The notes beneath the pieces are model-generated. The model was given only the letters and a program-made list of their open reading frames with translations. It was not told the origin of the DNA and made no database searches. Source: Peribolospora baueri (lineage: Eukaryota). From it: a stretch of DNA of 64,000 nt. Position 1 is the stretch's first letter; every line of letters begins with the position of its first letter. This document shows, one piece after another, positions 27,701 through 42,397 of the stretch. The stretch covers positions 186,001-250,000 of the forward strand of contig JAMDHS010000002.1 of NCBI GenBank assembly GCA_029717555.1, in the 5' to 3' direction. The position numbers and the translations under genes were made by a program.

Positions 27701-27968
27701 TAATGGAGATAGGTAGATCGGAAAAAGCTCTTGAGTCCGTTCCAGATGGCTGCAGAAAATAGTGCCCAGAAGACATGAGCCAGCAGACGCGAAAGGAAAA
27801 GAAGCACGCCGGCGCGACGGCCGGTTTAACTGCACTTACCGGAAGCTCTGCCACGGCCTGCTCCAATTGCGTAAGCTCATCGTCTTCCTGTATCCTCTTC
27901 TGCTGCCTGCGCGATTTCGGATGAGCATGCGCGGATCCCCGCTTACGCTTGAGAGGATTGGTGCTCAT
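24735..27968 (-). CDS. DBP4: ATP-dependent DEAD-box RNA helicase Dbp4 (DDX10)
   Basis: [58 protein letters not shown]; ends [12 protein letters not shown]. Confidence 0.95.
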
Positions 27969-28413
27969 CTTGAATGGTGCCGGTCGAAGAGATCATTTAC
28001 CTGCTTGTTGCAAGAAGCAACGCGGCAAGAGAGAGACCCGGATAAACTGCGGTAAGCGCATCACGTGCCGCAACCAAATGCTGCGGCACACCAGTCAGCT
28101 GGACGGCAAGTGTTCCTGCTGGAATGCTGGATGCGTCCATCTTTTTGACCTCCCTTCGATAGGTCGCTTGGAAAAACCTAAAGACAAAAATGGTGAATAA
28201 GACAAAGTACAATCTGCAATGAGTTTCGGACAACCTGGAAGCACTTATGTGTTCGTATTGTAGTTCGTCTTGGCGATTCGTGCGCTTATGTAAGCGCATG
28301 GAGGGCGCTTCCGAGGTCAGCGCAAATCCTTCCGACTTCGATCAGTTCACTGTTGCGACTGGTCGTTCACATCGTCCCTTCTCCAGCAAACACGACGACG
28401 ACAAGAGACGACC

Positions 28414-30072
28414 ATGGCTCAGCAGCAGCATACACAGCGCTCGAGAGCCGCCACGAAGCGGGTGAACAACCAAAAGAACCTTATCTACGCCGACCCGCTC
28501 CCCGTACGCATCCACCCGACCTCCTCGCTCTCAGACTCTCTCTTCTCCCTCTTCTCCCCCATCACTTCCCTCTTTTTCTCCTCCCCTCTCGATTCCAAAC
28601 CGCCTTTCGTGTGCAGAGGGACATATGACCCCGTCTCGCGCGCCGTGTGGGTAACCGATCACGTCAGCATGGATCTCCTTTGGACCAAGGGGTTCTTCGG
28701 CAAGGGCGTTTTGAGCAGAAGCGAGCCTACTTGGAAGGTTCGGCAGGAGAACTTGCTCACGGGCCGTGGAGGGAGTGAGTACCTATTCCCAGGGCTCTTC
28801 TTTTATGTTAACAACTCTCAGGCAAGCTCCTCCCCTTTTTGCGGACTGGATGAGCTCTTCCTGCTGACTGGGGCTACCATCCACCCACTCCTCCTTCCGC
28901 GATTCTTCTTCCTCTCACAGCGCTGACCGCCGAAGAACTTACGGCGCAAAGACGACTAGCTCGCAAAGAGATGAAGATTGAGCGAGCCAAAGCAGCCGTC
29001 AAGGCAGGCACCCAGCTCTCGGACGGTGTCGCCGCCTTGGGAGGGTCTTTGGAGGGGGAGGAAGCCGGCGCGCCCGATGCTGTCACAAAGGAACTGAAGA
29101 CACCTCTCGAGCTTTCTCAGCCCGAAGTCCATATTCAAGATCTGGAGCATCTTCAGCTGACACTTCAGGAGGCCTTGTTCCTGGCGAAAGGGTTAGGATG
29201 CTTGGAGGTGTTTGATGAAGAAGTGCGTGAACTCTTACGTCTTCCAATCCGAAAGACGAGCACATGGTCTAAAGGAGTGTATCGCACTTTCACAGGGAAA
29301 CAAACTCGATTCCGACGCAATCTACTCTCTTCTCATCACCTCCTGGCAACTACCCTTCTTCTCCTCTCCGGACATGATGCGGGAGAGCCTTCGACCGGAT
29401 AACCCCGCATTGATTAACTACGTCGTCTACCATCACTACCGCTCGCTGGGATGGGTGATCAAGAACGGCATAAAGTTCTGCGTCGATTACCTCTTGTACA
29501 AGCGAGGGCCCGTGTTTCATCATGCCGAGTGAGTGCGAACGTTATGGCTCGGTCACATCTAACCTCGGGCTGCCCCATTTTCTGCCCAGCTGACTAGTTG
29601 CCTTTTCCATTATGTTCGTCCTCGGTGAACCTTTTGCAGGTTTAGTCTGGTCCTCATTCCAACGTACGAAGACGCTCGAGACGCCGAGGCTTCTCCGTTC
29701 TCGCTGCCCAACGCCACTCCGAGACCATGGAACTGGCTCAGCACCGTCAATAGGGTCAATAGTCAGATCCAGAAGGTTAGCAAGCCCTGGATCCAGTCGA
29801 TCTGGTTGCCTTATATCCATCCATTCGCTCTATGTTGGACGTCGGGATCCTTCTGACGACCTTGTTTTCCTTATTGTGCTATCCGCATTCCGTTCATCCC
29901 AACTACTCAGACGCTCATCCTTGTCCACGTTACCATCCCCGCCATCTCTCGACTGCCGCCAGCTGCATTAGCATCGTACGACGGTTTCGTGGACACACTC
30001 GAGCGAGGAGAGAGCTATTCTATACGGGAGGTCAGCATCAGACGGTATGTGCCCTCTAGGATGCGCTTGTAG
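28414..30072 (+). CDS. SEN2: tRNA-splicing endonuclease catalytic subunit Sen2
   Basis: LWTKGFFGKGVLSRSEPTW; EHLQLTLQEALFL; YHHYRSLGWVIKNGIKFCVDYLLYKRGPVFHHAE; ends RRYVPSRMRL*. Confidence 0.92.
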
Positions 30073-30258
30073 GTTAAATGCAGTCAGAATGCGGGCGATT
30101 CCGCCTTCGGAGGCCTCTTTTCTGTTTTTTCATGTGCATTCGCGCGCGAGGACTGAGGAGACGACGGCCTGAGAACTCTGCCATCGATGGTGATGAGTAA
30201 TGACATGCCAAAGACAAATTCCCGAACAGAACATGACGACAATGGCGTCTCCCGGTAC

Positions 30259-32330
<2,072 letters not shown>

Positions 32331-32785
32331 CGTGCTCGAGGTGCTGGAGGAGCGTCTAGAAATGGGAGGAGGAACCAGCAATGTCACCACACCTCAAAAT
32401 TGTGTGTTAAGTAGGGTTGCCGCAGCCGATCACAAACCGACTCACGTGGCCCTTGTCGCTCCGAGCCGCTACAGAAGTCTGAGCAAAGACTAGTTGCATA
32501 CTTCTTCTCTATGGCTCTGCAAAATGGTATTAATGTTATTAAAAGCTTCCAAAGGGTAAAAAAGTGCCTCGACGGCCAGATGTCATGACCAGACCAGATT
32601 ATCTTGCTTCACCGGTAGATATTAAGCCCCCTAATGTTGTGCCTCGTTCCCATTTCGCGAACTGCGGTTCGACTGCGGTGACCGGCTGCGGCAACCCTAC
32701 ATGGTACCACTGTCGAAGTTGCGCCGGGAAATGCGACGGAAAGGTCAGACGGCCAAATCAGCTTGCAAGAAATACGAGAAGCAAG

Positions 32786-35757
32786 ATGGCACCCAAGGGC
32801 GGAAAGGCGGCGAAGAAGGAGGTGGAGGAGAGCGAGGAGCCCCTCCAGGCTGTCATTCTCGCCGACAGCTTTAACTCGCGCTTCAAGCCGCTCACCGTCG
32901 ACAAGCCTCGGGTTAGTTTCTCATCAGTTGCCGGTTGAGCGGGCTGCATTTACGGGGGGTTCAACAGCTGATATCTTCTTCTCCGTTTGCCTCCCCCTCT
33001 GCCGCTTCCGTAGTGTCTCTTGCCCCTTTGCAATGTTCCTCTAATCGAATGGACTTTGGAATCCTTGGCTATCGCCGGCGTGGAGCAAGCTATTGTCTTC
33101 TGCAACGCTCATGCTGACAAGCTAAAGGCTTACCTCCAGTGAGCTCAATCATTCCATCGTGGACCTCCTTCGGTCCCGGACTTCGGTAAAAAAAAAAAAA
33201 AAAGAAAAAAAAAGAGAAAACATGCCTAAACCTCTCCATCTCTCCGGCGCTTCACAGCTCCTCCAAATGGTTTCTCCCCCAATCTGGTATGCGCCTCACC
33301 ATCATTGTCTCTGCCGAAGCCATGTCGGTGGGCGACGCGATGCGCGAGCTGGACGCCAAGAACTTGATCAAGTCCGATTTCATCCTCGTCTCCGGAGACG
33401 TTGTGAGCAACGTCGCCATTCGGGACGTCGTAGAAGAGCACAAGCGCAGGAGGAAGGTGGATAAGGACGCGATCATGACCATGGTCGTGAAAGAGGCTGG
33501 CCCCTTCCATCGAACAAGGTGAGCCCCTTTCGTTTTCTGCAACCTCATCACGCACGTAAACTGACATTTAGCTCCGATATCAGACCAATAGGTGACGCGT
33601 CTGTCTTTGTCCTGGACCCTTCCTCTTCCCAATGTCTCCATTACGAGCACGTCCCTGGCTATCCGCGGAAGAGACGTGTTAAGATCCCGGGGAGCATCCT
33701 CGAGGAGCACGCCGAGGTGCAATTCAGGAACGATCTGGTGGACTGTGGGATTGACATTTGTTCGATCGACGTGCGTGGTATCTGTGATTGACAAGGTTAG
33801 TCCCAGTCAGCAAGTCAAGTCTGACTTCTGCTCGTTTCCTTGTCACTGCAACAGGTGCCACCCCTCTTCTCCGAAAACTTCGACTACCAGGACATGCGTC
33901 GAGATTTCGTGAACGGCATCTTAACCTCGGATCTGCTCGACTCCAAGATCTTTGCTCACGTCGTCTCCGCGTCCCGAGGCTACGCGTCTCGGGTCAAGGA
34001 TCCGAAGAGCTACGATTCGGTCAGCCAAGATATCATGTCGCGATGGACTTTTCCTTTGGTGCCGGATGGAAACTTGCCTGGAGGCGACAGGTACTACCAG
34101 CGTCACGGTCATCAGTACATTGCCTCCGAGGGTGTCGTCCTATCCAGGTGGGTCTTTCGTTCAGGTGTACGCGACGAAACGTGACTGATGGGATAGGCCT
34201 CGCTCCATGCTACACCAGGACATGCAAGATCGGCTCAAACACTATGATCGGCGCAAGGAGTCGCGTTGGCGAGGACGTTCAACTCGATGCCTCCGTGCTG
34301 GGCCCAGATGTCAAGATCGGTTCGTCGAGCACCATCGCCGGCTCGTACCTGTGGCCGAGTGTCTCGATCGGCTCGAACTGTTCCATCGCCGACGCCATCC
34401 TCGGCGAAGGCGTCACCATCCTCGACGGCGTCACTCTGCATAAAGGCTGCCTCGTCGCCGGCGGTGTCACGGTCGGTCCGAATGTGATCGTTCCGCAGTA
34501 CTCTAAGGTATCCAAAGATGGTGCCGGGGGGGACGAGGACTGGGGAATAGATGAGGACAGTGACAATAAAGGTGAGGATTGTCACCTTTTCCTTCCGACA
34601 TGGACCGCGGCTGTTCCCGCCGCCAGTCCTAATCTTGCCCGTCTTCTGTCCTCTGCCACAGCGTCTAAAGTCATCAGAGACGACGCGTTGGGTGCTCAGG
34701 CAGTGGGTTTCTTCTGGCCCGGCGCTGATGAGGAAGACGTTTCGGAAAGTCAAGACGATGAAGACGAGGCTCAGAACGTGGCCTTGTCCAGACTAGGTGC
34801 GTCAAAGACTTCCAAACCTTCAGCCCCATCCCTGCAAAGACCTTGCTGAGGGCAGTGCGATGGTTCACTTCATTGGTCGATGACAGCCGTCGACACTTCC
34901 AAACTGGATCTGTCAGACTCTGCATCAACACTCTCTTCCATCTCGTACGCCACGGACGACGAAGCAGGCTCAGTCTTTTCGGGACGCTCGTTCGCGTCGT
35001 CGGCTGCAGAGAGGCCGATGCTGAGCGTGCCTACAGACGCGGACGCGGCCGCTTCGCGCATGGCTGACTTCCGCTCCGAAGCACGCCAGAGCCTGCAGAG
35101 GGCGTTCGACGAAGGACACACTGTGGAGAACGCTATGATCGAGCTCAAGACGCTCCGGATGGCTAGCAACGTGCCCTTGTCGGAGGTGAGGAAGGTTGTC
35201 ATGGCCGCCGTCCTGGGGAGGTGCGGGCCTCCGCCGGCCACGGGGGCTACGGAGAAGGTCGTGGCATCCAAGCTGGAGCCCGTGTTGGATCGCTGGGGCG
35301 GATTGATCGAGGCGACGGCAGCGGGAGACGAGGTGGATGCGATCCTTGCTCTTCAGGTGAGCAAGCTCTGGCTTTTTTGCATCGCCACTTCTCCATGTCG
35401 AATTGCCGTACAGTGACGCTGTCGGGACCTATATCAGGCCAGTCCGGCCAGTTTGCACTCTCGAGCTCACACACTGCTCTGTTCTCGAACGCCCCACTTT
35501 CTTTTTTACTCGCACACCAGCAATTCTGCTCCACTCAAGAAGGCTACTCCGCCGTCTTCATGCCCGCTCTCAAGCTCTACTACAGCAATGAGTACGTTTC
35601 GACGGCGTCTCTGGTAGACTGGTACAAGTCTCCTCTGTCTCGCTCGGTCGAGGAGATGGGCGAGGCGGGGAGGGAGTTGTGGGCGAAGGCGAAGGCGTTC
35701 GTCATGTGGGCTGTGGAGAACGAGGAGAGTGAGGATGAGGAGGACGAAAGCGAGTGA
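32786..35757 (+). CDS. GCD6: Translation initiation factor eIF2B epsilon subunit
   Basis: LQAVILADSFNSRFKPLT; DFILVSGDVVSN; FSENFDYQDMRRDFVNGIL; hexapeptide (LbH) repeats; IELKTLRMASN W2 domain; acidic tail. Confidence 0.95.
33188..33213 (+). repeat. Intronic poly(A) tract
   Basis: About 25 A residues interrupted by one G, inside a GCD6 intron. Confidence 0.85.
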
Positions 35758-36118
35758 TGGACTTGTATGGGGCGAGCACGCGTACCTGCGCCCAATGGCG
35801 ATGAAATGAGCTGGAGGAGCATGCACGTCTTTCGGACCGCTTCCCGCGTCCCGCTGATCACCGGTTCGACCTTTGGGGAATGTCTCTCTGCCTTTGGAAA
35901 CGGTGAAGGAAAGACCATCATGACCGTTACGCTGATTGACGTCAGGTCTGGGAGGAAAAGGCCAACGCGATCTGATCTTCGCCCGGCCTTCAATGCTGAG
36001 AGGGCAAATCGGCCCAGACAGCGATCCCTCTGGACACAATACAACGGCTTCGCAGGCTGCGGGCCTCCCTAAGTCGGTCGACGAGCAGCGCCGCCGGCAC
36101 TGCTTTCTCGTCCTCGTC

Positions 36119-36148
36119 CATCGTCATCGTCATCGTCATCGTCATCGT
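36119..36148 (+). repeat. (CATCGT)5 microsatellite
   Basis: Read directly from the sequence. Confidence 0.8.
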
Positions 36149-36975
36149 TTACAAGTCCTCCTCAACCCCGACCCTCTTCATCTGCCAACTCAGACACCGA
36201 GCGAGCTCTCTCCCCCACCGCTGTTACCCCCTTCGCCCGAACAAACAAACCTTCCAGCCCCCCCCTCCCCCTTTCTCGGCGCTTTTATGCAAGGTCAGGA
36301 AATGGAGTGACCGATTTTTTTATATTGTTTACCTTTGTGGCCTCTTGCACGCCCACATCCGGTCTGGCCCGGCCCGGCTGTTTAATGCAAAGGGTTCCAA
36401 GGGAGCCCGGCAAGTCGAGATATGGACAAAGTTGTGGGCGAGGAAGGAAGGACTTGGTGATGATAGCTCTTGTCTCGTGGCTGAGGCTCGCGGCCGTAAT
36501 GGGGCTCCAGTTTTTCTCCGACGAGGGACGCTCCGGGCTCTACTCGTCGCTAAGGAACGGCGCCCTACGCTGAAGGTACAACGAAAAGATTGTAATTCGT
36601 TTCGAGCTAAGAATGTCACAGCGGCGAAGAACGAACGAGACGTGACGGGGCAGACCAAGCAGACGGACACGTGCACGGAGGTGGGCGTATGTACGTGATC
36701 CAGGGAGGAAATAGGAAGGCGAAGGGAGGGGACAGAAGTAGAACGCTGGGTTGATGCAATTTTGTTTAGAAGCGAAGTGTCATTGACAGAGAAACAGTGG
36801 CGACATGTCAAATGTTGGTACGGGGATAAAAGGGGGCGAGGTCCGCCGCAAGAGCAGGAGATGAATTGTAACTGGCGGGACTGGAACACGAAAGAAAGGA
36901 GGGTGGGAGCCAGCCGGTGAAACCGTTACCCTCCTCGGCCTATCTCCGTCCTCATCCACATTACAGGCCCCCCGC

Positions 36976-37645
36976 CTAGTAGTAGTAGTAGTGGATGACG
37001 CGCCGACGCTGGCCGATGAGGAGGAGGATGCTGCATATGGTTCCAAAGCACGACGCGATGAAATGAGGTGTACAAAAAAAGGCAACGATGAATCGAAAGC
37101 GGATCGAAGACGGGCCAGAATGACAATGAATCAGGAACCGAAATGTGAGACACATGTCGATCTCCCCCGCCTGTGTACCGGATGCGCGTCACCTTGCTAC
37201 CAACCACACTCGGTACAGGCACTCACATGAGAAGCAGGGCTCTGCAGTAATGGCGATTTGGGAAGTGAAGAGAAGTGTCCACATTCCCGTCGTATCGTGC
37301 CCGAACAAGAGTTGGGGTGGAGCGATGTAAGGAGCGAGATGGACGGCAGAGAAAAGGGAGAAGGGCAAGGATAAATGTTGAAGACGTCAAGGTCAGTGAG
37401 AACAGAGCACGTCCCATCGCTACGACAGCCTGGCTGGTGAATGGCAAAAACTCTTCTTCTTTGATTCGCCTTCCCTTCTTGTCGGCGCTCTGATCGCCCA
37501 TGCACCCATCCATCCGTCCGTCCGTCCTCTGTGAAAGCCTCGTTCCGAATTCTCACAAACGCCCAAAACGCAAGGAAATAGCAGGCTGCGAATGAGACCG
37601 TCCTCGAAGGCGGACTCACATGATGATGATGGTAGAGGTGTCCAT
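36976..37645 (-). CDS. Predicted 31-aa single-pass membrane microprotein MDTSTIIIIALLLIILLLIGQRRRVIHYYYY
   Basis: Exons 37645-37620, 37241-37227 and 37030-36976. Both introns have GTGAGT donors and TGCAG acceptors, both are phase 2, and the join gives one continuous hydrophobic helix. Confidence 0.7.
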
Positions 37646-39068
37646 ATTGCTCAGCGAGAAGGGATCGTCAGCGGGAGAGCGTGATGATCGCGGGCTGCTG
37701 CTGCTGCGGTCTCGCTTCACGGGGGCGTAAGAAGAGTAATCGTAGTCGTCGTAGTTCCGAATGATGGGCGGAGAGGCGGAGAGAGAGAGAGGGATCGAAG
37801 CGGTGGGATGTAGGGAACCGTGGGTGCACGCCGATGCCGCCGATCTTTGTTGTGTGTCTGGCTTGAGGGGCCCGGTTGTGCGCTGCTCAAGAGGGAGGCG
37901 CGAGAGCGTGTGCGGTGGTGAAACCAGAGCGAGCCGCGCAGGCAGATGGATATGCTGTGGGCGGGTATAGCGTGACAAGTATCCTAGATCCGAGTTATGC
38001 GTCCGACTTCGAGGACAGGCGAGAGATGGATGTAGAAGGGAAGGGAGACGTGGGTGAGCGTGGAGCGTCAGTGGCGAGGAAGAGGGTAGGCGGAAGGGGA
38101 ATGGAGATGTGCTGTGCCGTAGCTCACAATAGAAGCGGGGACTTGTGTCGTTTCCTTTCGTTTCGTTCTTCAAGGTGGTGGAAGGAAGGAGAATGGCTGG
38201 AGAGGAGATGAGGCGAGTGTCGCGCGACGCCGATGACGATCGTCCTCAGTGTGCCTGGCAGGCGTACACGACGGCATACGTCAGCTACGCCGCGGAACGT
38301 CGGCTATTTGGAGGAGACTGCGGATGGCTGCGGGATGACGCAAGCAGGACGTGCGCCGTGGCGCTCTCTCAAAGGGAATGTTTCAGACAAGCCAGAGCGT
38401 CTCGAGTGTGCAACCCCGAAAGGGGAGATTGAACGACGCACGAGCCGAAGGGCTGCCGCAAAGATGAGGCCTGGGCCAGGCGAGATGAAGTAAGCAAGAG
38501 AGCTCTGTTCAGGATAGATACCGATCAGCAACCTGCGTCCCAGACCGTCGCTTCGGCCTGTGCCTGTGAGTTTTTACATGGCTCAGAGGAAGAAGGGGAG
38601 CGGGAGAGCGGAGAAGGAAGGTGGGCGGGAATCGGCAAGGAAGTGGGCGAGGGAGGAGGGAAGGAAGGAAGGAAGGTGAACGATTGTGGGGTGTGGATGC
38701 GGCGGAAATCATGGGTGGGCAGGGTCCGTGCGAGAAGCACTCAGAGCACGAAGGGAAGGAGGGGCGGACGAGGAGTAGAAGCCGTGGCTGGTGAAGTGAC
38801 AACCGGATCGGACAAGGAAACGTCAAGGAGAACCGGGCGCTGGATTAACTATGTGTGCCTCGCAAACAAACGAGGCTGGGGCTTGCTTGCTCGCTGGAGT
38901 TCAATAATGTCGGGGAGGCAACGGCATAGGAGAAGGAAGAATGGAGATAGGTCGATGAAGGAAGAAGAGGTATATGGAGACACGGCAAGAGAAAGAAAAG
39001 GAAGGGCGGATTGGGAGAGGGAGGCGACGCAGCAAAAGGACCCAAGGTCGACGTCCGAGCAGCATTCT

Positions 39069-40950
39069 TCACTTGCCGGCCTTGTTGTGGGTGTTTTGGT
39101 AGACGACGACGCCGACGACGACACCGATGACTGCGGGTGCGATGGAAGTACCGGGAACGTACAGGGAACGGCACGACCGAAGAAAGCGGCGAGTGAGCGA
39201 CGCGATCGAGGACGAGAGGCGACCGGGACGGGCTGAGACGAAAACGCGACAAAAGTCAAGGCGCTGCTAAGCAAGCAAGCGATGGACTCACTGATGAGGA
39301 TGATGAGGATGATGAAGAAACAGATCCACCGCTTCTTGCGCGCTTTCCTCGCCGACACCTTGGCCTTTTCCGTGTGCTTGTAGCTGCAGTCGAGGAGAGA
39401 CGAAGTGAAGACGGTCAGAACTTGGTGGCGACTGAGGCGTGGCGGTATTGCCCGCTAGAGAACGAGCAAGGGAAGTCCACGACTGGACACCTACCCCTCC
39501 TCCATGTCCGTGTTGACTTGGGCAGCGTGCGTCTCGATGTCTTGCAGAGCCTCGTCGTCCCTCTCAACCAACTGTTGAATGAGAAGGCGCGACGGTCAGA
39601 CTGGAGGCCTCACACGGACGGCATGAGAACACGAAGAACAAGCTCCCCACTTACCATAGCCATCTGAATTGTGGGAAGGAAATGAAAAAAGACGACAAAA
39701 AAAGAGAGTAAAAAAAAACCGCGGATGGATCGATCAGTCGAGGCCTCGCCTTGTATCTTTCCCGGGAGACGCACCTCGTTGAAGAGCTGGGCAAGCTCGG
39801 TGATGGTCTGCTCGATCTTGCGAATGTCCTCGTGCCTCTCCTGAACCTCTCTATACGCCGCCCTGGCGTCGCCCTGACGGTTCGAGTTGAGGAGCGCCTG
39901 GGAGAAGATCTGGCCTCCCTGATCGTCGTCGAGGGCGGCCTTGATCTCCTGCTGCGTCGCGTCCGGCTTGACGATCCGGTACTGGCGCTCCATCCTCTGG
40001 CGGTACTTCTGACGGTACTGCTGTTCGACCTGCTGGTATCGCTGGATCGTCTCCATAAACCGGTTCTTGACCGCCCCCACTTGCGTCCTCCGCACGTTCA
40101 CGTCTCCGCCAGGCGGCATCTTTGAGTTCTGCTGCTCGAGCGTCTTGATCTTGCTCTTGACGGTATTGGTTAGTCGGCTCGTCTCGGTGATCACGCTGTT
40201 GAGCTGGGCGTGCGCCTGCTGCGACTGGGCCTCGTCCATGTTGTTGAGCGTGCGCGAATGGAGATCCGAAATGCGGTTGACGTTGTCGTCGATCGAGCGG
40301 ACCGCGTCTTGCAGGTCGGAGATCTGAGAGACAGAACGAAAAGCGGTTCAGCATGCCATCCATGCGCCCGGTATGTCACCGATGCCGAGTCACGGTAGGA
40401 CCCCTCTCTCTTTCCTATGCCACCGCGTCGCTCGGCAACTAGAGGAGGAAAGGAGGGTTCACTGGCTGGCGTATCGTCTTTCTTTCCTGGGGGAATGAAC
40501 GAGAGAACGTGTGAAGCTCACCTCGCCGAAGAAGGCGGTCATATCATTCGGTGCTGCCGCGCCGTTGCCACCGACCGGCGTCATCTCGTATCCATGGGTC
40601 GGACCGCCGGCGGGGGCACCGCCATAACCGCCTCCATCGCCACCGTATCCACCGTATTGGTTCTGTTCACCGCCGTATCCGCCATACTGGTTCTGTCCAC
40701 CGCCGTATCCGCCATACTGATTCTGTCCACCGCCGTATCCGCCATACTGGTTCTGACCTCCAGCGATTCCGCTATACTGGTTCTGATCACCGCCGATTCC
40801 GCCATAGCCCCCAGCGTTGCCTTGCTGCGCCTTTCGAATGAGAAGAGATGGTGAGCGACACGAGCTCGATCTCCCTTGCATTCCTTCTTCCCTCTTTGAG
40901 CCTTCTCGTTCGAAACTCACCCTGAGCGCGGCGAGACGGTCGCGAGCCAT
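39069..40950 (-). CDS. SSO: Plasma-membrane syntaxin (Sso-type Qa-SNARE), paralog A
   Basis: MARDRLAALR; Habc region (RQYRIVKPDAT); EVQERHEDIRKIEQTITELAQLFNE; ARKARKKRWIC followed by a TM tail ending NKAGK*. Confidence 0.93.
40640..40800 (-). repeat. 30-nt coding tandem repeat, about 5 copies of GGQNQYGGYG, in Sso paralog A
   Basis: Repeated ccgccgtatccgccatactggttctgtcca units on the + strand. Confidence 0.9.
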
Positions 40951-42397
40951 TTCTTAATAGAGTGAAGGGGGTGAAGGGGCGAAGGAGGATGGGGTGGGAA
41001 GGAAGACGGGGATGGAGGCGCGAAGGAAGGAGGAAGGCTCGTGACGGTGGGGCGTGGCGAGCGTTGGACGGGAGACGACGCCACTGGGGGGATGGGGGTG
41101 TCACCTATTTGCGTGCCTGCCTTTGTGTACGAAAGGAGGACCGGGGGCCGGGGGACGGGGGACGGTGGGTGATGGAGGGGAGGAGAGGAGGCGGTGGTGT
41201 CTCAGGAAGGAGCAGTGCGAGCGACGATGGCGAGAGGGCGCGGGCGAGGAGCGGAGGCGGAGGGGGAAGGAAAGAAAGAATAACTGACCTCATTAGCCCT
41301 TCGGCTAGACCTTCTGCTTACCGCCCTCTAATTCCTCTAGACACGTTCTAGCTTCGCGCGCTCTTTGTAATGGCCCATTAACATCTTGCACTTACGCGTC
41401 CCGCCTAGCCCATCTTACCACTTCCTAACTGCTGCTGCGGCACCCTCGGCCTCTCTTCGTCCTGGACCCATTGACCGATTCGATTTGCCTGCGTTAATCC
41501 TTCAAGGACGACCTCCGGGACTGCAACGCCGAGCTTACGTAGCCACGCCACGCCGTCGCCGCCGCAGTCGGCCGCTCCTCCCGCTCCGTCGCAGCTCGCC
41601 GCAGCGCAGCCAGGGGCCGAGACGATGGCGATGATAAGATACCTGCAATACACATCTAGATCACGCCCGGGCGGTGCTGTCTCACCCGCTTCCGAACCCA
41701 CCGACACACGCTCCCCTGTACCGCCATCGCCCGCGCCCCTCCTCGAATTTGCCACTGCCACTTCGCCACACGGACCCATTCAAGACACCGACTCCGACAC
41801 CGAACTCGGACCCACCGCCCCCTCCACTCGATCTGATCCCGACCCGACCCGTAAACGTGGCCCGAGTCCGGCCCCCATAGGCCCTGGTGAGAAACTGAAA
41901 GAGAGAGAGCGAGGCACACACACACACAGAGAAAGAGAGAGAGAGAGTAGCAGCAGCAGCGACCATCCGTCTCCCGTCTCTGCCGAACTGGGCGTTGCTG
42001 TCTCAAAGTTTGTTTGTCCAACCGGGCCGGCCCACCTCAGACCGGTCGGCTTTGTCCGCGGGCCGTTCAGTCGTCCCAGCAGATCAAGGAAGAAGGGAGG
42101 GAAGGAAGGAAGGAAGACGCCGTGTTCTGAACAAGTCTTCGGCGTTCCTCGACTCAAGTGTCGCGCCGTAATGACAACCCCCCCGGCGACCCACGCTTTA
42201 CAGGCCACACGCCACTGGCATTGCCTGGATGAAAGGTGACAAGGAGGCAGGATCGCCTACAGCGTAGCCATCGTCCAAAGAAAGCGAACAAAATGGGAAA
42301 GAAAAGGGGTTTCGGAAGCGGGGAGAATGCGGCTAAGGCAAAGGAGCGCACAGAGGGAAAGCAAAGCAAGCGGCCGGGTGAAGGTAGCGGGCCATGA

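Noticed and set aside
36976..39291. Microprotein exons as an alternative TM tail spliced onto Sso A
   Set aside because: The Sso A donor in the TM region is phase 1, while the microprotein's internal exons are phase 2, and the microprotein has its own ATG exon.
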